A DNA stretch of 64,000 nucleotides from Octopus vulgaris (lineage: Eukaryota), in NCBI GenBank assembly GCA_951406725.2, contig OX597824.1, forward strand, positions 8,742,001 through 8,806,000, in the 5' to 3' direction. The notes beneath the pieces were generated by a model. The model ran no database searches. It saw nothing but the letters and a program-made list of their open reading frames with translations, and was not told the DNA's origin. Each line of letters begins with the position of its first letter. Positions within the stretch are counted from its first letter, which is position 1. A program made the position numbers and the translations under genes. Shown piece after piece: positions 30,080 to 45,533 of this stretch.

Positions 30080-30574
30080 ATATACTTTAACCATTAGCCA
30101 TTATACTATTATGCTTTAACCATTAACCATTAACCATCAGACATGCAGTTTCTTCTCTTTTTCCTTTCTCGCTGCTATTTTCTTTTAACGGACGGCTGGA
30201 ATAAGTTACAAGTCGGATTAACGTTTGCAACGGGCCTCACTTTTTCTAGAGCCTCTCACCTCGTGTTTTGCAAGCTATCCATTCAGAATCACTCGTAACC
30301 CAGTGATTCTGCGCATGCTCTTGTACAACAGTAATACGCTGCTTTAGGTTTAATGAAAAACTTGGTGTCTAAAGTTGACCCAACTTCCGAGATCCAATAA
30401 GTCTGAAATTTAACTAATTACAATAATCAAATTGATTGACAACGTTAAATGGACAGACGCTAATTAATAGACTTGCCATTCTATTTCTTTATTTAGATCT
30501 ATTGAACTCATCAAGATATAATTGAGCTTAATCATTATTCTCCTTTTCGGTGTGAGGAGAACATTTTTTTACCG

Positions 30575-30730
30575 GCGCAGACATGGCTGTGTTGAGAAGA
30601 AACCCACTTGCAACTATGTGATTCCGGGTTCAATCCCACAGCACAGCATTTGGGCAAGCGTCTGCTTCTATATCCTCGGGCCGACTAGATTATGCTTTGT
30701 GGGTGAATTTGGGAAATGGAAACTATATGG
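30575..30730 (+). mobile_element. SINE family B 5' part
   Basis: ATGGCTGTGTTGAGAAG..CCGGGTTCAATCCCA..TTGGGCAAGCGTCTG. Confidence 0.6.
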
Positions 30731-30985
30731 AATATATATATATATTTAACACACAAACAGACACGCACACATATCCTACTATACACCCACACGCACAGAC
30801 TAGACACACAAACACAAACACACACACACAGACACGCTACCACACGCTACCATACACTTACGCATCAAACACGCACACACACAATTACCACCACACGCAC
30901 ACACGCTGCCACGCACACACGCTGCTACGCACACACACAGTTACTGCTACACACGCACGCTACCACACATACACAGAACACGCTA

Positions 30986-31021
<36 letters not shown>

Positions 31022-31538
31022 GCGCGCATGCATACGCATACTGACCATTTTCGTTCCTTCCTATTCCAGAAAGCATTTACTCTTCATTCCTACTTCCGGT
31101 CACTTGCTTCAAAAATGTAAATGTTGGTGCGGTGGGGGGAGACAAACACACACACACACTCACACCCACATATATATACGACGAGATCCCTTCAGTTTCC
31201 GTCTACCAAATCCACTCACAGTAGGCAGCATATACGCCAGAGAATCTGGGAAACCGGCCCAATCAAACTACATGACTCTGGTAACAAGTAGTCTTTTTAT
31301 CTGCAGGGGAAGGACACAATGTACTACCGAGAATCAAACGCGCCACCTTATGGAAGCCTTAACCAGTAAACCACGCACCTTCACTTCTCTACGTAGCATA
31401 TTGATAATAAATGTTTTTATATTTATATATGAAGAGATTTCAAAATTCTCCTCAAGGCACACAGCTATTACAGCTGCGGATAGATTAGTGATAAATTATT
31501 ATTTTGACAGGCAGAATTTAATTTTATTTTCAACGGCC

Positions 31539-34500
31539 ACCACCACCACCACCACCACCACCACCACCACCACCACCACCACCACCACCACCAACCACCA
31601 CCACCACCACCACCACCACCACCACCACCACCACCACCACCACCACCAACACCACCATCACCACCACCGCCAACCACCACCACCACCACCACCACCACCA
31701 CCACCACCACCACCACCACCACCACCACCAACACCACCATCACCACCACCGCCAACCACCACCACCACCACCACCACCACCACCACCACCACCACCACCA
31801 CCACCACCACCACCACACCACCATCACCACCACCGCCAACCACCACCACCACCACCACCACCACCACCACCACCACCACCACCACCACCACCACCACCAA
31901 CACCACCATCACCACCACCGCCAACCACCACCACCACCACCACCACCACCACCACCACCACCACCAACACCACCATCACCACCATCACCACCACCGCCAA
32001 CCACCACCACCACCACCACCACCACCACCACCACCACCACCACCACCACCACCACCACCATCACCACCACCGCCAACCACCACCACCACCACCACCACCA
32101 CCACCACCACCACCACCACCACCACCACCACCACCACCACCACCAACACCACCATCACCACCACCGCCAACCACCACCACCACCACCACCACCACCACCA
32201 CCACCACCACCACCACCACCACCAACACCACCATCACCACCACCACCACCACCACCACCACCACCACCACCACCACCACCACCACCACCACCACCACCAC
32301 CACCACCACCACCACCACCACCACCACCACCACCACCACCACCACCACCACCACCACCACCACCACCACCACCACCACCAACACCACCATCACCACCACC
32401 ACCACCACCACCACCACCACCACCACCATCACCACCACCACCACCACCACCACCACCACCACCAACACCACCATCACCACCACCGCCACCACCACCACCA
32501 CCACCACCACCACCACCACCACCACCACCACCACCACCAACACCACCATCACCACCACCGCCAACCACCACCACCACCACCACCACCACCACCACCACCA
32601 CCACCACCACCACCACCACCAACACCACCATCACCACCACCGCCAACCACCACCACCACCACCACCACCACCACCACCACCACCACCACCACCACCACCA
32701 ACACCACCATCACCACCACCGCCAACCACCACCACCACCACCACCACCACCACCACCACCACCACCACCACCACCACCACCACCACCACCACCACCACCA
32801 CCGCCAACCACCACCACCACCACCACCACCACCACCACCACCACCACCACCACCACCAACACCACCACCACCACCACCGCCAACCACCACCACCACCACC
32901 ACCACCACCACCACCACCACCACCACCACCACCACCACCAACACCACCATCACCACCACCACCACCACCACCACCACCACCACCACCACCACCACCACCA
33001 CCACCACCACCACCACCACCACCACCAACACCACCATTACCACCACCAACACCACAACCACCACCACCACCACCACCACCACCACCACCACCACCACCAC
33101 CACCACCACCAACACCACCACCAACACCACCATCACCACCACCACCACCACCACCACCACCACCACCACCACCACAACCACCACCACCACCACCACCACC
33201 ACCACCACCACCACCACCACCACCACCACCACCACCACCACCACCACCACCACCACCACCACCACCACCACCACCACCACCACCACAACCACCACCACCA
33301 CCACCACCACCACCACCACCACCACCACCACCACCACCACCACCACCACCACCACCACCACCAACACCACCACCACCACCACCACCACCACCACCAACAC
33401 CACCATCACCACCACCGCCAACCACCACCACCACCACCACCACCACCACCACCACCACCACCAACACCACCATCACCACCACCACCACCACCACCACCAC
33501 CACCACCACCACCACCACCACCACCACCAACACCACCACCCACCACCACCACCACACCACCACCACCACCACCACCACCACCACCACCACCACCACCACC
33601 ACCACCACCAACACCACCATCACCACCACCACCACCACCACCACCACCACCACCACCACCACCACCACCACCACCACCACAACCACCACCACCACCACCA
33701 CCACTAACACCACCACCACCACCACCACCACCACCACCACCACCACCACCACCACCACCACCACCACCACCACCACCACCACCACCACCACCACCACCAC
33801 CACCACCACCACCACCACCACACCAACACCACAACCACCAACACCACCACCACCACCACCACCACCACCACCAACACCACCATCACCACCACCGCCAACC
33901 ACCACCACCACCACCACCACCACCACCACCACCACCACCACCAACACCACCACCATCACCACCACCACCACCCACCACCACCACCACCACCACCACCACC
34001 ACCACCACCACCACCACCACCACCACACCACCACCAACACCACAACAACCACCACCACCACCACCACCACCACCACCACCACCACCACCACCACCACCAC
34101 CACCACCACCACCACCACCCACCACCACCACCACCACCACCACCACCACCACCACCACCACCACCACCACCAACACCACCATCACCACCACCACCACCAC
34201 CACCACCACCACCACCACCACCACCACCACCACCACCACCACCACCACCACCACCACCACCACCACCACCACCACCACCACCACCACCACCACCACCAAC
34301 ACCACCACCACCACCACCACCACCACCACCACAACCACCACCACCACCACCACCACCACCACCACCACCACCACCACCAACACACCACCACCACCACCAC
34401 CACCACCACCACCACCAACACCACCACCACCACCAACACCACCACCACCACCACCACCACCACCACCACCACCACCACCACCACCACCACCACCACCACC

Positions 34501-34590
34501 ACCACCACCACCACCAACACCACCACCACCACCACCACCACCACCACCACCACCACCACCACCACCACCACCACCACCACCACCACAACC
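31539..34590. repeat. ~3-kb (CCA)n tract with a recurring AACACCACCATCACCACCACCGCCAA interruption
   Basis: Read directly from the sequence. Confidence 0.95.
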
Positions 34591-34954
34591 ACTAACACAA
34601 ACACCTCATATCTATCACAATATTTGTAATATTATTGCAATAATGCTAAAGTTTGATTAAATTTACTCCGACGGTAAGTTTACTAGTAAAGCTTGTGAAG
34701 AAAGATTCAATTACTTTACAATAACTTTTGAATTTAACGAGAATAAACATTAATATGACGCAGAATAGAATTACATTTAAAAAATAGCAACAACAAGAAC
34801 ACCAACAACAGCAGAGAGAATTCGGTTTACTAGTGACTTCCAAAGCTTAAATATAATGTGAATTAATTTTATTTAATACACGCACATGCGTTCAGTTTAA
34901 CGTAATTTGAAGTCGAAGTTAAATTTTCTATGTTGAATATCTTTGAAGAATTTA

Positions 34955-35072
34955 TAGGTGCAGGCATGGCTGTGTGGTAAGAAGTTTACTTCCCGATCAT
35001 ATGCTTCTGGGTTCAGTCCCCGAGGCCGACCAAAGCTTTGTGAGGGTAGACGGAAACTGAAAGAAGACCGTC

Positions 35073-35146
<74 letters not shown>

Positions 35147-35168
35147 GTATATATATATATATATATAT

Positions 35169-35218
<50 letters not shown>

Positions 35219-35390
35219 GTCTGTGTGCCTGTGTTTGTCTCCCCGTCAGTTTCGCTTGACAACCGACGCTGGTGTTTTTGCATTCGTAACTTAGCGGTTC
35301 GGCAAAAGAGACTGATAGAAAATGCACTAGGCTTACAAAGGCGGTGCTCCAGCATGGTCGCAGTCAAATAACTGAAACAGATAAAGGAAT
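34955..35390 (+). mobile_element. tRNA-derived SINE family B with internal (TA/CA) microsatellite
   Basis: TGGCTGTGTGGTAAG A-box and GGGTTCAGTCCC B-box, then GTAGACGGAAACTGAAAGAAG-microsatellite-CGCTTGACAACCG..GGCGGTGCTCCAGCATGG tail. Confidence 0.8.
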
Positions 35391-35749
35391 AACCTCGAGA
35401 CGGGGGTCTGGATTACCATCCAAGAGTTTTAGGTAAGATTTTGCTTGCAACGAACCGTAGTTTTTTTGTTAGTATATCCATTTACCGTTAAATTATTTAG
35501 TTATAATATTTTTGTTTCTATACAGAAAGAGTCGCGCACATTTGGACACAACTATTTTCATTTACACTTATGAATCCTTATGACGTCCAAACAATTATCA
35601 CTGGTAGCAATCAAGGTTCTAAACTGAATGCAGGAACTCGAAGGTTTGATGTAGTCCTGTGGTTGAACGCCAGCTATGTGTATACAGCAAATCTAGGTTC
35701 AAGTCGCACGGGTAGCATTCGATGTTTTCTATCCCAAATGACTTTTTTA

Positions 35750-36167
35750 TAGCCCAGAGTGGCTGTGTGGTAAGTAGTTTGCTTACCAACCACATGATTC
35801 CGGGTTCAGTCCATCATTTACGACGAACTAATTTAAAAAAGCTTCATGCACACACACACGCACACACACACACACACACATAAAGAGAGGAAGATTTGGT
35901 GATCATAGATCTGGTGACTGCAGGCGTTAATTGTGCGCGTGTGTGTGTGTGTGTGTGTATACCTTTGTCTCTGTCCCCTATCACTGCTTGACAAGCGGTC
36001 GTGGTATAAGCCCCCGTAACTTAGCAATTCAGCAAAAGAGACCGATACAATGAGTACCACACTTAACAACAAGTACTGCACCCGATTCGTTCGACAGAAT
36101 CCTTTATGGTGATGTCCCCTCATAGCCGAGCGTTCGATGCCTGAAATTGGTAAACTAGATAAAAAGC

Positions 36168-36170
<3 letters not shown>
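35750..36170 (+). mobile_element. SINE family B, fragmented
   Basis: Head at 35750-35812; body and tail at 35940-36170. Confidence 0.65.
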
Positions 36171-36238
<68 letters not shown>

Positions 36239-36649
36239 AACCACACAGTCGAAAGTCTTAGAAATTCAGTAAGACCAGCACAAAATATTCACCAGAACGA
36301 AGCCATTTCTAAACCAGCAGATTTTGGAATCTTAACAAAAATTGTCTTAATGCTTTACAGTTTGAAGGTCAACTCTCCATGCAACTGCCCTATATGATAG
36401 CCAAGCATATCATCTACTTTATCAGTTATGTCGAATAATTTATGCTGTACGCAGTATGACATATCTGCGTATTCTTTTCTTTTAGATTGTTTAGGTAACA
36501 ATCGAAGAGAATGTCCCACCGAACAACGGAAGCGCAGCTTTTGTAATCGGTTTATATGCAAACGAAGTTTTTCAGTGAAAGCATCTGCACAAAAATATCG
36601 ACTTCATATCAATGTATATCAACGTATATGTATTTATGTATATACATAA

Positions 36650-36757
36650 ATACAGATAGACTTACGTACGTATGTAGAAACACAAATACACACACACACA
36701 CACACACAAACTAACATATAGTTTATATAAATATTTATTGATATGTAATTTTATATT

Positions 36758-36798
<41 letters not shown>

Positions 36799-36808
36799 AT
36801 ATATACAC

Positions 36809-36845
<37 letters not shown>

Positions 36846-37023
36846 CATATGTATATACATATTATTATATATGTGTATATAGGCATATTTATGAATGAAT
36901 GCTTATATGTATATATACCTATGTATACATGTATATACACATACATACAGATAAACTTCCGTACGTATGTACACACACAAGCACAAAAATACATATAGTT
37001 TATATAAATATTTATTGATATGG

Positions 37024-37067
<44 letters not shown>

Positions 37068-37125
37068 GTATATACATATTATTATATATGTGTATATATG
37101 CATATTTATGAATGAATGTTTGAAT
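36650..37125. repeat. Local tandem duplication (~300-bp period) within microsatellite DNA
   Basis: ACAGATA..CTT.CGTACGTATGTA, ACATATAGTTTATATAAATATTTATTGATATG and CATATTATTATATATGTGTATAT.GCATATTTATGAATGAATG each occur twice, in the same order. Confidence 0.8.
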
Positions 37126-37129
37126 GTTT

Positions 37130-37161
<32 letters not shown>

Positions 37162-37597
37162 ATATGTATATACATACGTCTATATCTTCTGCCTTTCTAT
37201 CTAGCTATACGAATGATGTTTCATCTTTTATATCTTGTACATGAAATACATAGAAGTAAAGACATTGATACACCCGCCCACACACACCCACACATACATA
37301 CCAGCAAATTCGCATACACGCAGACACGCACACACACATATACTACCTAACAGAGCCGCTACTATAGTCACATATGTTAGACACACTACACATACACTAA
37401 CATTACAGTTGTTTAGCAAAGCTTATAAACACACAGTTGTACGTAGGCAAGTATAATATACACTAATATTGCACACACTTATGCATAATAAACCCGCTTA
37501 AACATGGAAATTCAATATATACAAAGAATAGAAAAGCGAATGAATGATAATTAAAAATCAGTACTTATTCAGTTGTAAAACAAACACACACACACGC

Positions 37598-37641
<44 letters not shown>

Positions 37642-37936
37642 CCAGCCAATATTCACCGAGAGCTAGGAACACTACATATGTATTATTACTCGTTTTCCTC
37701 CTTTTTCGATGTATGTACGTATGTAATGTGTGTGTACGTGTATGTATGTATGTATGTATGTGTGCGCACGTATGCATGTGCGTGTGTGTGTATGTATGTG
37801 TATATGTATGTGCGTGTATGTGTGCATGTATGTGTGTATGTGTATATATATATTCAGAAAAACAATGCACACATACATCGACACATTTGTGTAAAGATAT
37901 CTATATCCTTTTAATACATATATGTATGTATGTATG

Positions 37937-38012
<76 letters not shown>

Positions 38013-38516
38013 TATATATATATGTATATATATATATATATGTATATATATATGTATATATATATGTGTATAAATATATGTATAGCATGTGTGTGTGGGC
38101 GTGGATGTGTGTGAGGTGTATGTAGATATATATATCTGTATATATATACACCTCACACCCCCCACGCCCACCCCCACACATGCATATACATATATTTATA
38201 CATACACATATATATGCATACATATATATATATATATATTTACACACACACATGTATGTATGTATGTATATGCCTGTATTATATCTAACTATCTACTCAG
38301 GTACCTACTCATCAAAGTATGTATGTATCTATCAATATGAATATTATATACACGTACACAGACTCATACACAGATGAAGATTTGTCTTGTACATACACAC
38401 ACACACACGTATATTTATATATACATATGTAGATATATATGCCAGCGTGCGAATTATGTGCATCTACACACGTATATCTATATCTATCCGTCTGTCTATC
38501 TATCCATCTATCTCTA

Positions 38517-38640
<124 letters not shown>

Positions 38641-38691
38641 GTCTGTCTATATCTGTTTATCTGTCTGTCTTTCTTTCTATCTCTCTCCCTT

Positions 38692-38722
<31 letters not shown>

Positions 38723-40507
38723 ATATATATATATATATGTATTTATATACGTATATCTATATATGTTTGTATGCATGTATATATGTGTATGTATATATGT
38801 GTATATATATATATATATATGTATGTATATATGTATGTATATATATATATATTATGATTATATATAATATATAGAAATGTATCTGTGCACTATATTCCTC
38901 AGATTCGTCTTCAGCAGACAATAGATATGAACACGTTTCGCATGTATTTTATCCTCATAATAAATCAAATTTTTTAAAAAGTCATACATAATTGAACACA
39001 AAACAAAACATATAAAAAAAACTGAAGAGGAGTAAACTATTATAAATTGTAATATTCATCCAATAATTTATCTGAATACGTTTGATATACCGACAGAATG
39101 TAGCCAAGATGGCGACAAGGCAGATGCATCTTAAACAATAGACTCGAAGATTTTTGGTGTGAATGAGCAAAGAAAATTAGAAAAATGTTTTGGAATAAAA
39201 TTGTAGAAGGAAGAAGAACAGATGCATTGAAGGAAGTGTTTTGTTCCCTTCTGAAAAAAATTAAATAAATATGATAGAATAGAATACCGAAAATTAAAGA
39301 AAATTGAAGATTCAAACTGAATTTCCATTTGAAAGGAAGAACTATAGAAGTCGAAATATAGTCGTTTTGCAGATCAGGATAAATAAATTAATAGTGATGA
39401 CAAAAATAGCGTGTAATTAGACTGAAAATGTATTCGGAGAAAACTCGTCTTAAAATTGATTAACATTTGTGAAGCAATCAGAAAAAAGAAAAATGTTGTG
39501 TTGAAACAAGGGGGAGATAAATGCAATTAAACTGTTGAAAGACTTGTGCAGAGCTGCCGTTTCCTTTTTAGTTCATCAAGTTAAACGATGCTGGATTTAA
39601 GTTCTCTTAGATTCCACTAATTTACTCAATCTCACACTCATTCTTTCATTCGTGCATTCGCTCTTTTCATTTTCATGGCTTTCATTTTCTTAGTCTTTTT
39701 CCTTCTCAAGTTTTCTTTATCACTTAAATAATTAACGAGCGCTTTCATTTGTAGAAATATTTTCGAAGACTTTGTTCATTAAGATTCGTTTGTACACCCT
39801 CAGATGAAAGTAAATTAAAATAAAATAAAATAAAATAAAATAAAATAAAATAAAATAAAATAAATTCATCGTTCTGACGTCATTCACTTAATAAAAGCAG
39901 ATCTGGTTATTTGTATGCAGTGATGCTTACATAGAGACAGAGTCAACAAGAACTTCTTTGAAATGTACAATAAACATAGACACATAGAACTATTAATTAC
40001 AGTTTTATCACTGTATCAATTTCTTTTCGAATATCATCATTACAGTCTTTATGCAGTCACCACAGCAAGTTTACGAAGAGCTAAACACAGATCTTTATCG
40101 TATAATAATATATGAGGCAGTATTTGATTTATAACCAAAACTGAATTAAAATCCCCACCTTTTTACTGTACCGCTTGCCTTAGAGGATGTTAGCATTAAA
40201 ATAATTTAAAATCTGTCAAGATTGAAATGAATTCTATAATACATTCTGATATTAAATCTATCGATCGTATTTTCTAAAATTAGAGAAGTTAAGCTGATAT
40301 GAAAATAGCTGTTCAGACAGGATTTTTATTTAAAATACACAGACATGCTTATTATCTCAGCCTTTGGTTTTTAGGAACATCAGATGCCGAAGAATCTTTG
40401 TGAAATTCGAGATAAATAAGCTTTGCAGATTTAGTGTGGATACTATTCACATGGTTCCTCGATCTGCTATAAATAACAACCAAATACTTGTCATAATATC
40501 AAGCTAC

Positions 40508-40741
40508 CTATTTCATTTACTACCCACAAGGGGCTAAACACATAGGGGACAAACAAGGACAGACAAACTGATTAAGTTGATTATATCGACCCCAGTGCGT
40601 AACTGTTACTTATTTAATCGACCCCGAAAGGATGAAAGGCAAAGTCGACCTCGGCGGAATTTGAACTCAGAACGTAACGACAGGTGAAATACCACTAAGC
40701 ATTTTGCACGACGTGCTAACGATTCAGCAAGCTCACTGCCT
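40508..40741 (-). mobile_element. SINE family A
   Basis: Near-identical to 29831-30079. Confidence 0.8.
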
Positions 40742-41649
40742 CACTGCGCATGTATAATATATTGCACATGTATATAGTAATTCTGCCACCAACACGAAAC
40801 ATGTCTGTAGTTGTCTCCCTTATTTGTCAACATAATTGAAATATTAGTCAATGGGTTATTTTTGTATGTCCTTCATTTCATAATTATTACTAATTAGATT
40901 TTTTTATGTTGACTGCATTAAATATGTTAGCACAAACGCAGTAATGTTGTTACATTATTTAGCTAAGACGAAACCGGTACCAAGCAATTACGTAAGAGAA
41001 TCTAATGTTGTTCACTATAAACTACATGTGATTAACGAATGATTATACATTTTAAAATCAACTTCATGATGGAAAGTTAACATGGGGCAATATGTTCTAG
41101 AAGTTGGAAGACGTAGTGAGGCTGTGATATGCAAAGACCATGACTTAGGCTCATCAGCCACTGGAAATAATGTCAAGAAAAGTGCAAACCTCAGAACTCC
41201 TACATACATTTTCTGGAATACGAGGCGTAACGAATATGAAAGAATATTAGTGTAGAAAACTAAGAGGGTCTAAGAGCAAGGTTTATGCTCCTGGCGATGT
41301 ATTTTCCTTGTCGATGATATTACGCATAGAGTACACAGTTATTATTCTTCTAAAATATAAGGATATAGCTTTCTGTTTATTTTCTTATGAACTACAGTAT
41401 TGGGAATTCCGACATAATCATACTAGCAATTTTAATTGCTTAGTCACTGGAAGAAAGGCAGTGCCATGACCCTTTCCATACAAGGATTAATACCCACAGA
41501 ACCCTTGCCAAATACTTGCAAAATAGAGGAGTCCAGGGGTACCCAAGGACTAGGCGGTGTTAAGCTGGTCGACAGATTAATTCTGCTACCAAGTAAAAAA
41601 AATTAACTCTGAGTTGAAGAAAATATATTCCGACAAATATGGTAGACAA

Positions 41650-41690
41650 GTACAGACATGTTTCGTTAATTTTAGACCTCTCCAGCGAAG
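41650..41690 (-). ncRNA. Decayed minimal hammerhead related to the 7098-7140 motif
   Basis: Minus strand reads CTGGAGA GGT..AC GAAACATGTC. It shares a downstream ACTCAGAGTTA with the 7098 copy (7192 vs ~41604-41614). Confidence 0.4.
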
Positions 41691-42485
41691 TTGTGGTGAG
41701 TAAATCACTGAATTATTGTAAAATATTGTACATGATTAGATGTAAAAACTTAGAATATCTAAAGCAATAAGTCACAAAGACTGATTCAGAGAGTGAGAGA
41801 GAGCTACGGTGTATTTATTTTTCCAATGGATTTTTATGTAAGTTAAAGCCTTAATATCTAGGCTGTGATAGAAAATATTTGAACTATGCGGCATGTAGTG
41901 AGATTGATTAGTTGCAAAGCAAACCATCTAACCAACATATATCTACACATGTATGGCTGTACCCATTGAAATCGTTAGTTAATATATGAGTCTGTTATAA
42001 TGTAAACTTTACAATTGTTAAATCAAAGGGTTGATATCTTTAGGTCTTTGTAATCGCATTAGGCTGAATGCTATCCGACCGGTTAGAATTTGAGGCTAGA
42101 AATGTTTTTTGTGTAGATCGATATCTTGTATACCTTTAATGCCCAGGAGACCCACTGGTAAGTGTAATCAGTCTTTTATTTTTATAAATTGATTTTCTCT
42201 CTTATATATATGCGTACACACATACGTGTGTGTATGTATGTATATATATATAAATATATATATGTATGCACACACTCTCATATATATGTAAATATATGTA
42301 TGTATGTGTATAAGTGTTTCCATATATATATATATGCAGGTATGTATGTATATATAAATTCGATATCTGTGGCAAAGGGGAAAAAAGAATAAAGAAATAT
42401 ACGGTAATTGAATGAAAAAACAACCTATAATAAGAGAACAAACATAGAAGTAAAACTGGAGGCAAAATTATAAATGGAAACTCAC

Positions 42486-43813
42486 CCAGTTCGTGTCGAG
42501 TGAAGCGGTGATGTTGTGTGAACCAGGCTCGGTGTTTCATGCGTCGCTCTGCAAAATGTTCCGGAAAAAAAATCTGCCTTTCGGTCAAATTGGCCTTTTC
42601 AGTAAGGTTTGTTGTTATGAACCCGTTGAATAATGTATCATCGGATGACTGCGTTCGGTTTAAAAGAATCCTTTCCGCGGTTTCACCCTCCGAAGGATTT
42701 ATCTCTTTCTCCATATCGTAGAAGCCAAACTCATCACTAATATATTTAGGTGAATGTTGTGTCTGGTTTTTCTTTTCCCATTCAGTTTGCTCCTCTCTCG
42801 GATTTGGTTCTTCGGCTTCCTTTTTGTTTACGGGGACTTTTCCAAGAGTTTTGTTGACTTTATCGTCATTATTATTACTTTTACTATTACTTTTATTATT
42901 ATTATTGTTATTATTATTATTATTATTATGATCGTTGTTGTTGGTTATGCTGTCGTCAAGAGGAAGTAATACGCTAGACGTAGGCGTCATTTTCTCCCCA
43001 TGTGTGATCGTGGTCACGGTTGATATAGTTTTGATCAAGGAGAGAACCGAAGATGTTGTAGAATCCAACAGACCCTCAGTTGTTTGAGGAATTGTCTTTG
43101 AAGAAGACGAATCACTGTAGAACTCGTGCTTTGTGTTTATCTCCGAAGAATCGTCCGTAGAACTCGGTTTTTCGGATACAGTATAAGATTTGGAGGTCGG
43201 TAAATTTGTGGTAAGTTTCTTAAGGATTTTCTGGCTTTCTTCCGTGGTAGTTTTAGCCCCGTATTTTTCGGTATTCGTCAATATGGTACTTGTTGGTGTG
43301 GCCACGCTTGTTTTCGACATTGGCAAAGGATCGTTTATGGAACTAGTCATGTCATGCTGTTGAGTTGATGAGGATAGAACCCGGAGAGTGCTGCTCGTGG
43401 CCGCAAATGATGATACTAGCAACGAAGATGACGCTGCTGTAGACGCTGGTAACGAAACATGTGTCGTTTGACTGAATACGTTCTTGTTACCAATGACTTT
43501 TGTCGTCGAAGATTTTGGTAAAGATTTCTGATCTTGTTCTTGTGGCTGCTGCGAGTTTGCAGGCTGCTTTTCGTGTTGCTGTTGCTGTTGCTGTTGTCGC
43601 GAATCTTTCGAAGAGCTTTGAATGTCAGCTCCACTGGTTGTCTGCGAGTGAGTAACTGGGGTCACTTCCCCGAAAACTTGCGACACCAGCAGAAACAGAC
43701 ACATATAGAAAACAAAGAATTTTGGTGTCATTATTGGCGTTGTCAAACCCGGACTATGTAATTTCCCTGTCGTCAACATTCGTGAGGGTGGCATCTTGTG
43801 GCATAGAGTGAAT
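42486..43813 (-). CDS. Large coding exon of an unidentified secreted or membrane protein (signal peptide + Ser/Thr-rich mucin-like region); the gene continues in other exons
   Basis: Long non-repetitive open frame (track ORF 42202..43794). Acceptor ttcttctctccactctttcAG| ends at 43814 and donor CTGG|GTGAGT starts at 42485 (phase 1); the track ORF degrades into microsatellite after the donor. Signal-peptide-like MTPKFFVFYMCLFLLVSQVFG from the ATG at 43731 (A at -3). S/T-rich body, polyQ and polyN runs, N-glycosylation sequons (NRT, NLT, NLT) and an RFTR (RxxR) motif at the exon end. Confidence 0.8.
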
Positions 43814-44034
43814 CTGAAAGAGTGGAGAGAAGAAACAACGGCTTAAAACAAATAGATTATGGAGCACAAAATAGCAAAAAATCAAAATGTACAAAGAACC
43901 CACAAAAAACATATACTAATATGGAAGAATTATGAAAAGACATAAAAATGTTTAATGCAATTATCAAATAATATATTCTCAAAAAGATCTATGTAACATC
44001 GCACACCTCATCCCCATATACGTATATTCCCCTT

Positions 44035-44077
<43 letters not shown>

Positions 44078-44192
44078 CAGGGAAGGAGGGAGATAGAGAC
44101 AGATAGAGAAAGAGGTACATATACATATCCGTGTACATAAAGGACCATACACTTACATTCACATACACGCACATATATTTATGGATACACTA

Positions 44193-44227
<35 letters not shown>

Positions 44228-45459
44228 CAAACACGCATACACAGACACACAGGCACACACACGTATATGTGCATGTATATATATATATACATACACACGC
44301 GCACACACACACTTATATATATATATGTGTTTGTGTGTGTCTGCATGTAAGTATATATGTATATGTACACACATATTGTAAAGTACACCACACATGCATA
44401 GATACTCACACACACAATGTTGTATACTCCGAATAAGAATAGTGATATACATGTTAGATATAATCCTGCACATGCGTATATCTCCATACTTTGCTGTAAA
44501 GACACACGAAGCTAGGAACGTGCGATTCTGAGCAAAATTTTCATATGCAATGTTTTATTCGAAATTTCTGATTACTAAAAATTAAAACTAAAATAATTCC
44601 ATTCATTGTTATTTTTTTTATTTAAGTATGATGTGGTAACACCACGGTTTACACAAAACATCTGAATATCCATTTTACGACTGATTGATACGATGTGGCG
44701 ATGTAATTGTCACAAATATTAAAGTACATGCAACCTTAAGTATTTCAGCAGATTGAAAAACATGGTTTAATTTAAGCAAAACTGATGAATTATTGAACTG
44801 TACAACTTTTTAGATTATATTTTTATTTGTATTTAATCTTCCGAAGAATGGATATAATCTTTTTTGTTCCAATCTGTTCTAAATTTTGATCGGCTCCCAC
44901 TTCCTTTTGTTGCATGCTTATTATAGAGTAGTTGACAAGAGAGAACTAACTAGAACAATCTTATCGTATGTAGTCAGAAGGTCTGAAACAACCGATGAAT
45001 GATTTGATAAATTACAACTGCCGAAATGGAACCATCTAATGTATAAGAATCGCAATCACAATAACGATCAATATATGGAAGTATTGTAATAATAATATCA
45101 AATGTTGAGTCAAATGAACTGTGGCAATGGATATTGGAATCGTATAGCAAAGACAAAAAGGAAAGAAAAAAAGAGGAGATAGCAAACAAACATGTCACCT
45201 AATTTAAATACTATCAATCACATTTTTTTGTATCACATGACGAAAGATATAAATTACAAAAGAGAAGCTAAATCACAGGCGTTTATGGATGAGGAGGAGG
45301 AAAAGAAGAGATGCGAAAATAAGATGGAAAGTGATAGTAATATACATGTGTTGGTATGTGTATGTATCAAATGTCTGTATGTGACTATATGCAGACATGT
45401 ATTCGTACTTACAAGCATACACACACATACACACATAGATATATACATACATATATGTA

Positions 45460-45533
<74 letters not shown>

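Noticed and set aside
31104-33707. 867-aa His/Thr/Pro-rich protein
   Set aside because: (CCA)n lacks stop codons on this strand, and the N-terminal part crosses a SINE fragment and a microsatellite. No coding evidence.
38920-38960. Minus-strand hammerhead candidate (ATGAGGA...GAAACGTG)
   Set aside because: C3 is missing, stem II does not pair, and the cleavage position is G.
42202-42485. C-terminal hydrophobic 'transmembrane' tail of the 530-aa ORF
   Set aside because: It lies after the consensus GTGAGT donor and runs into microsatellite, so it is most likely intron read-through.
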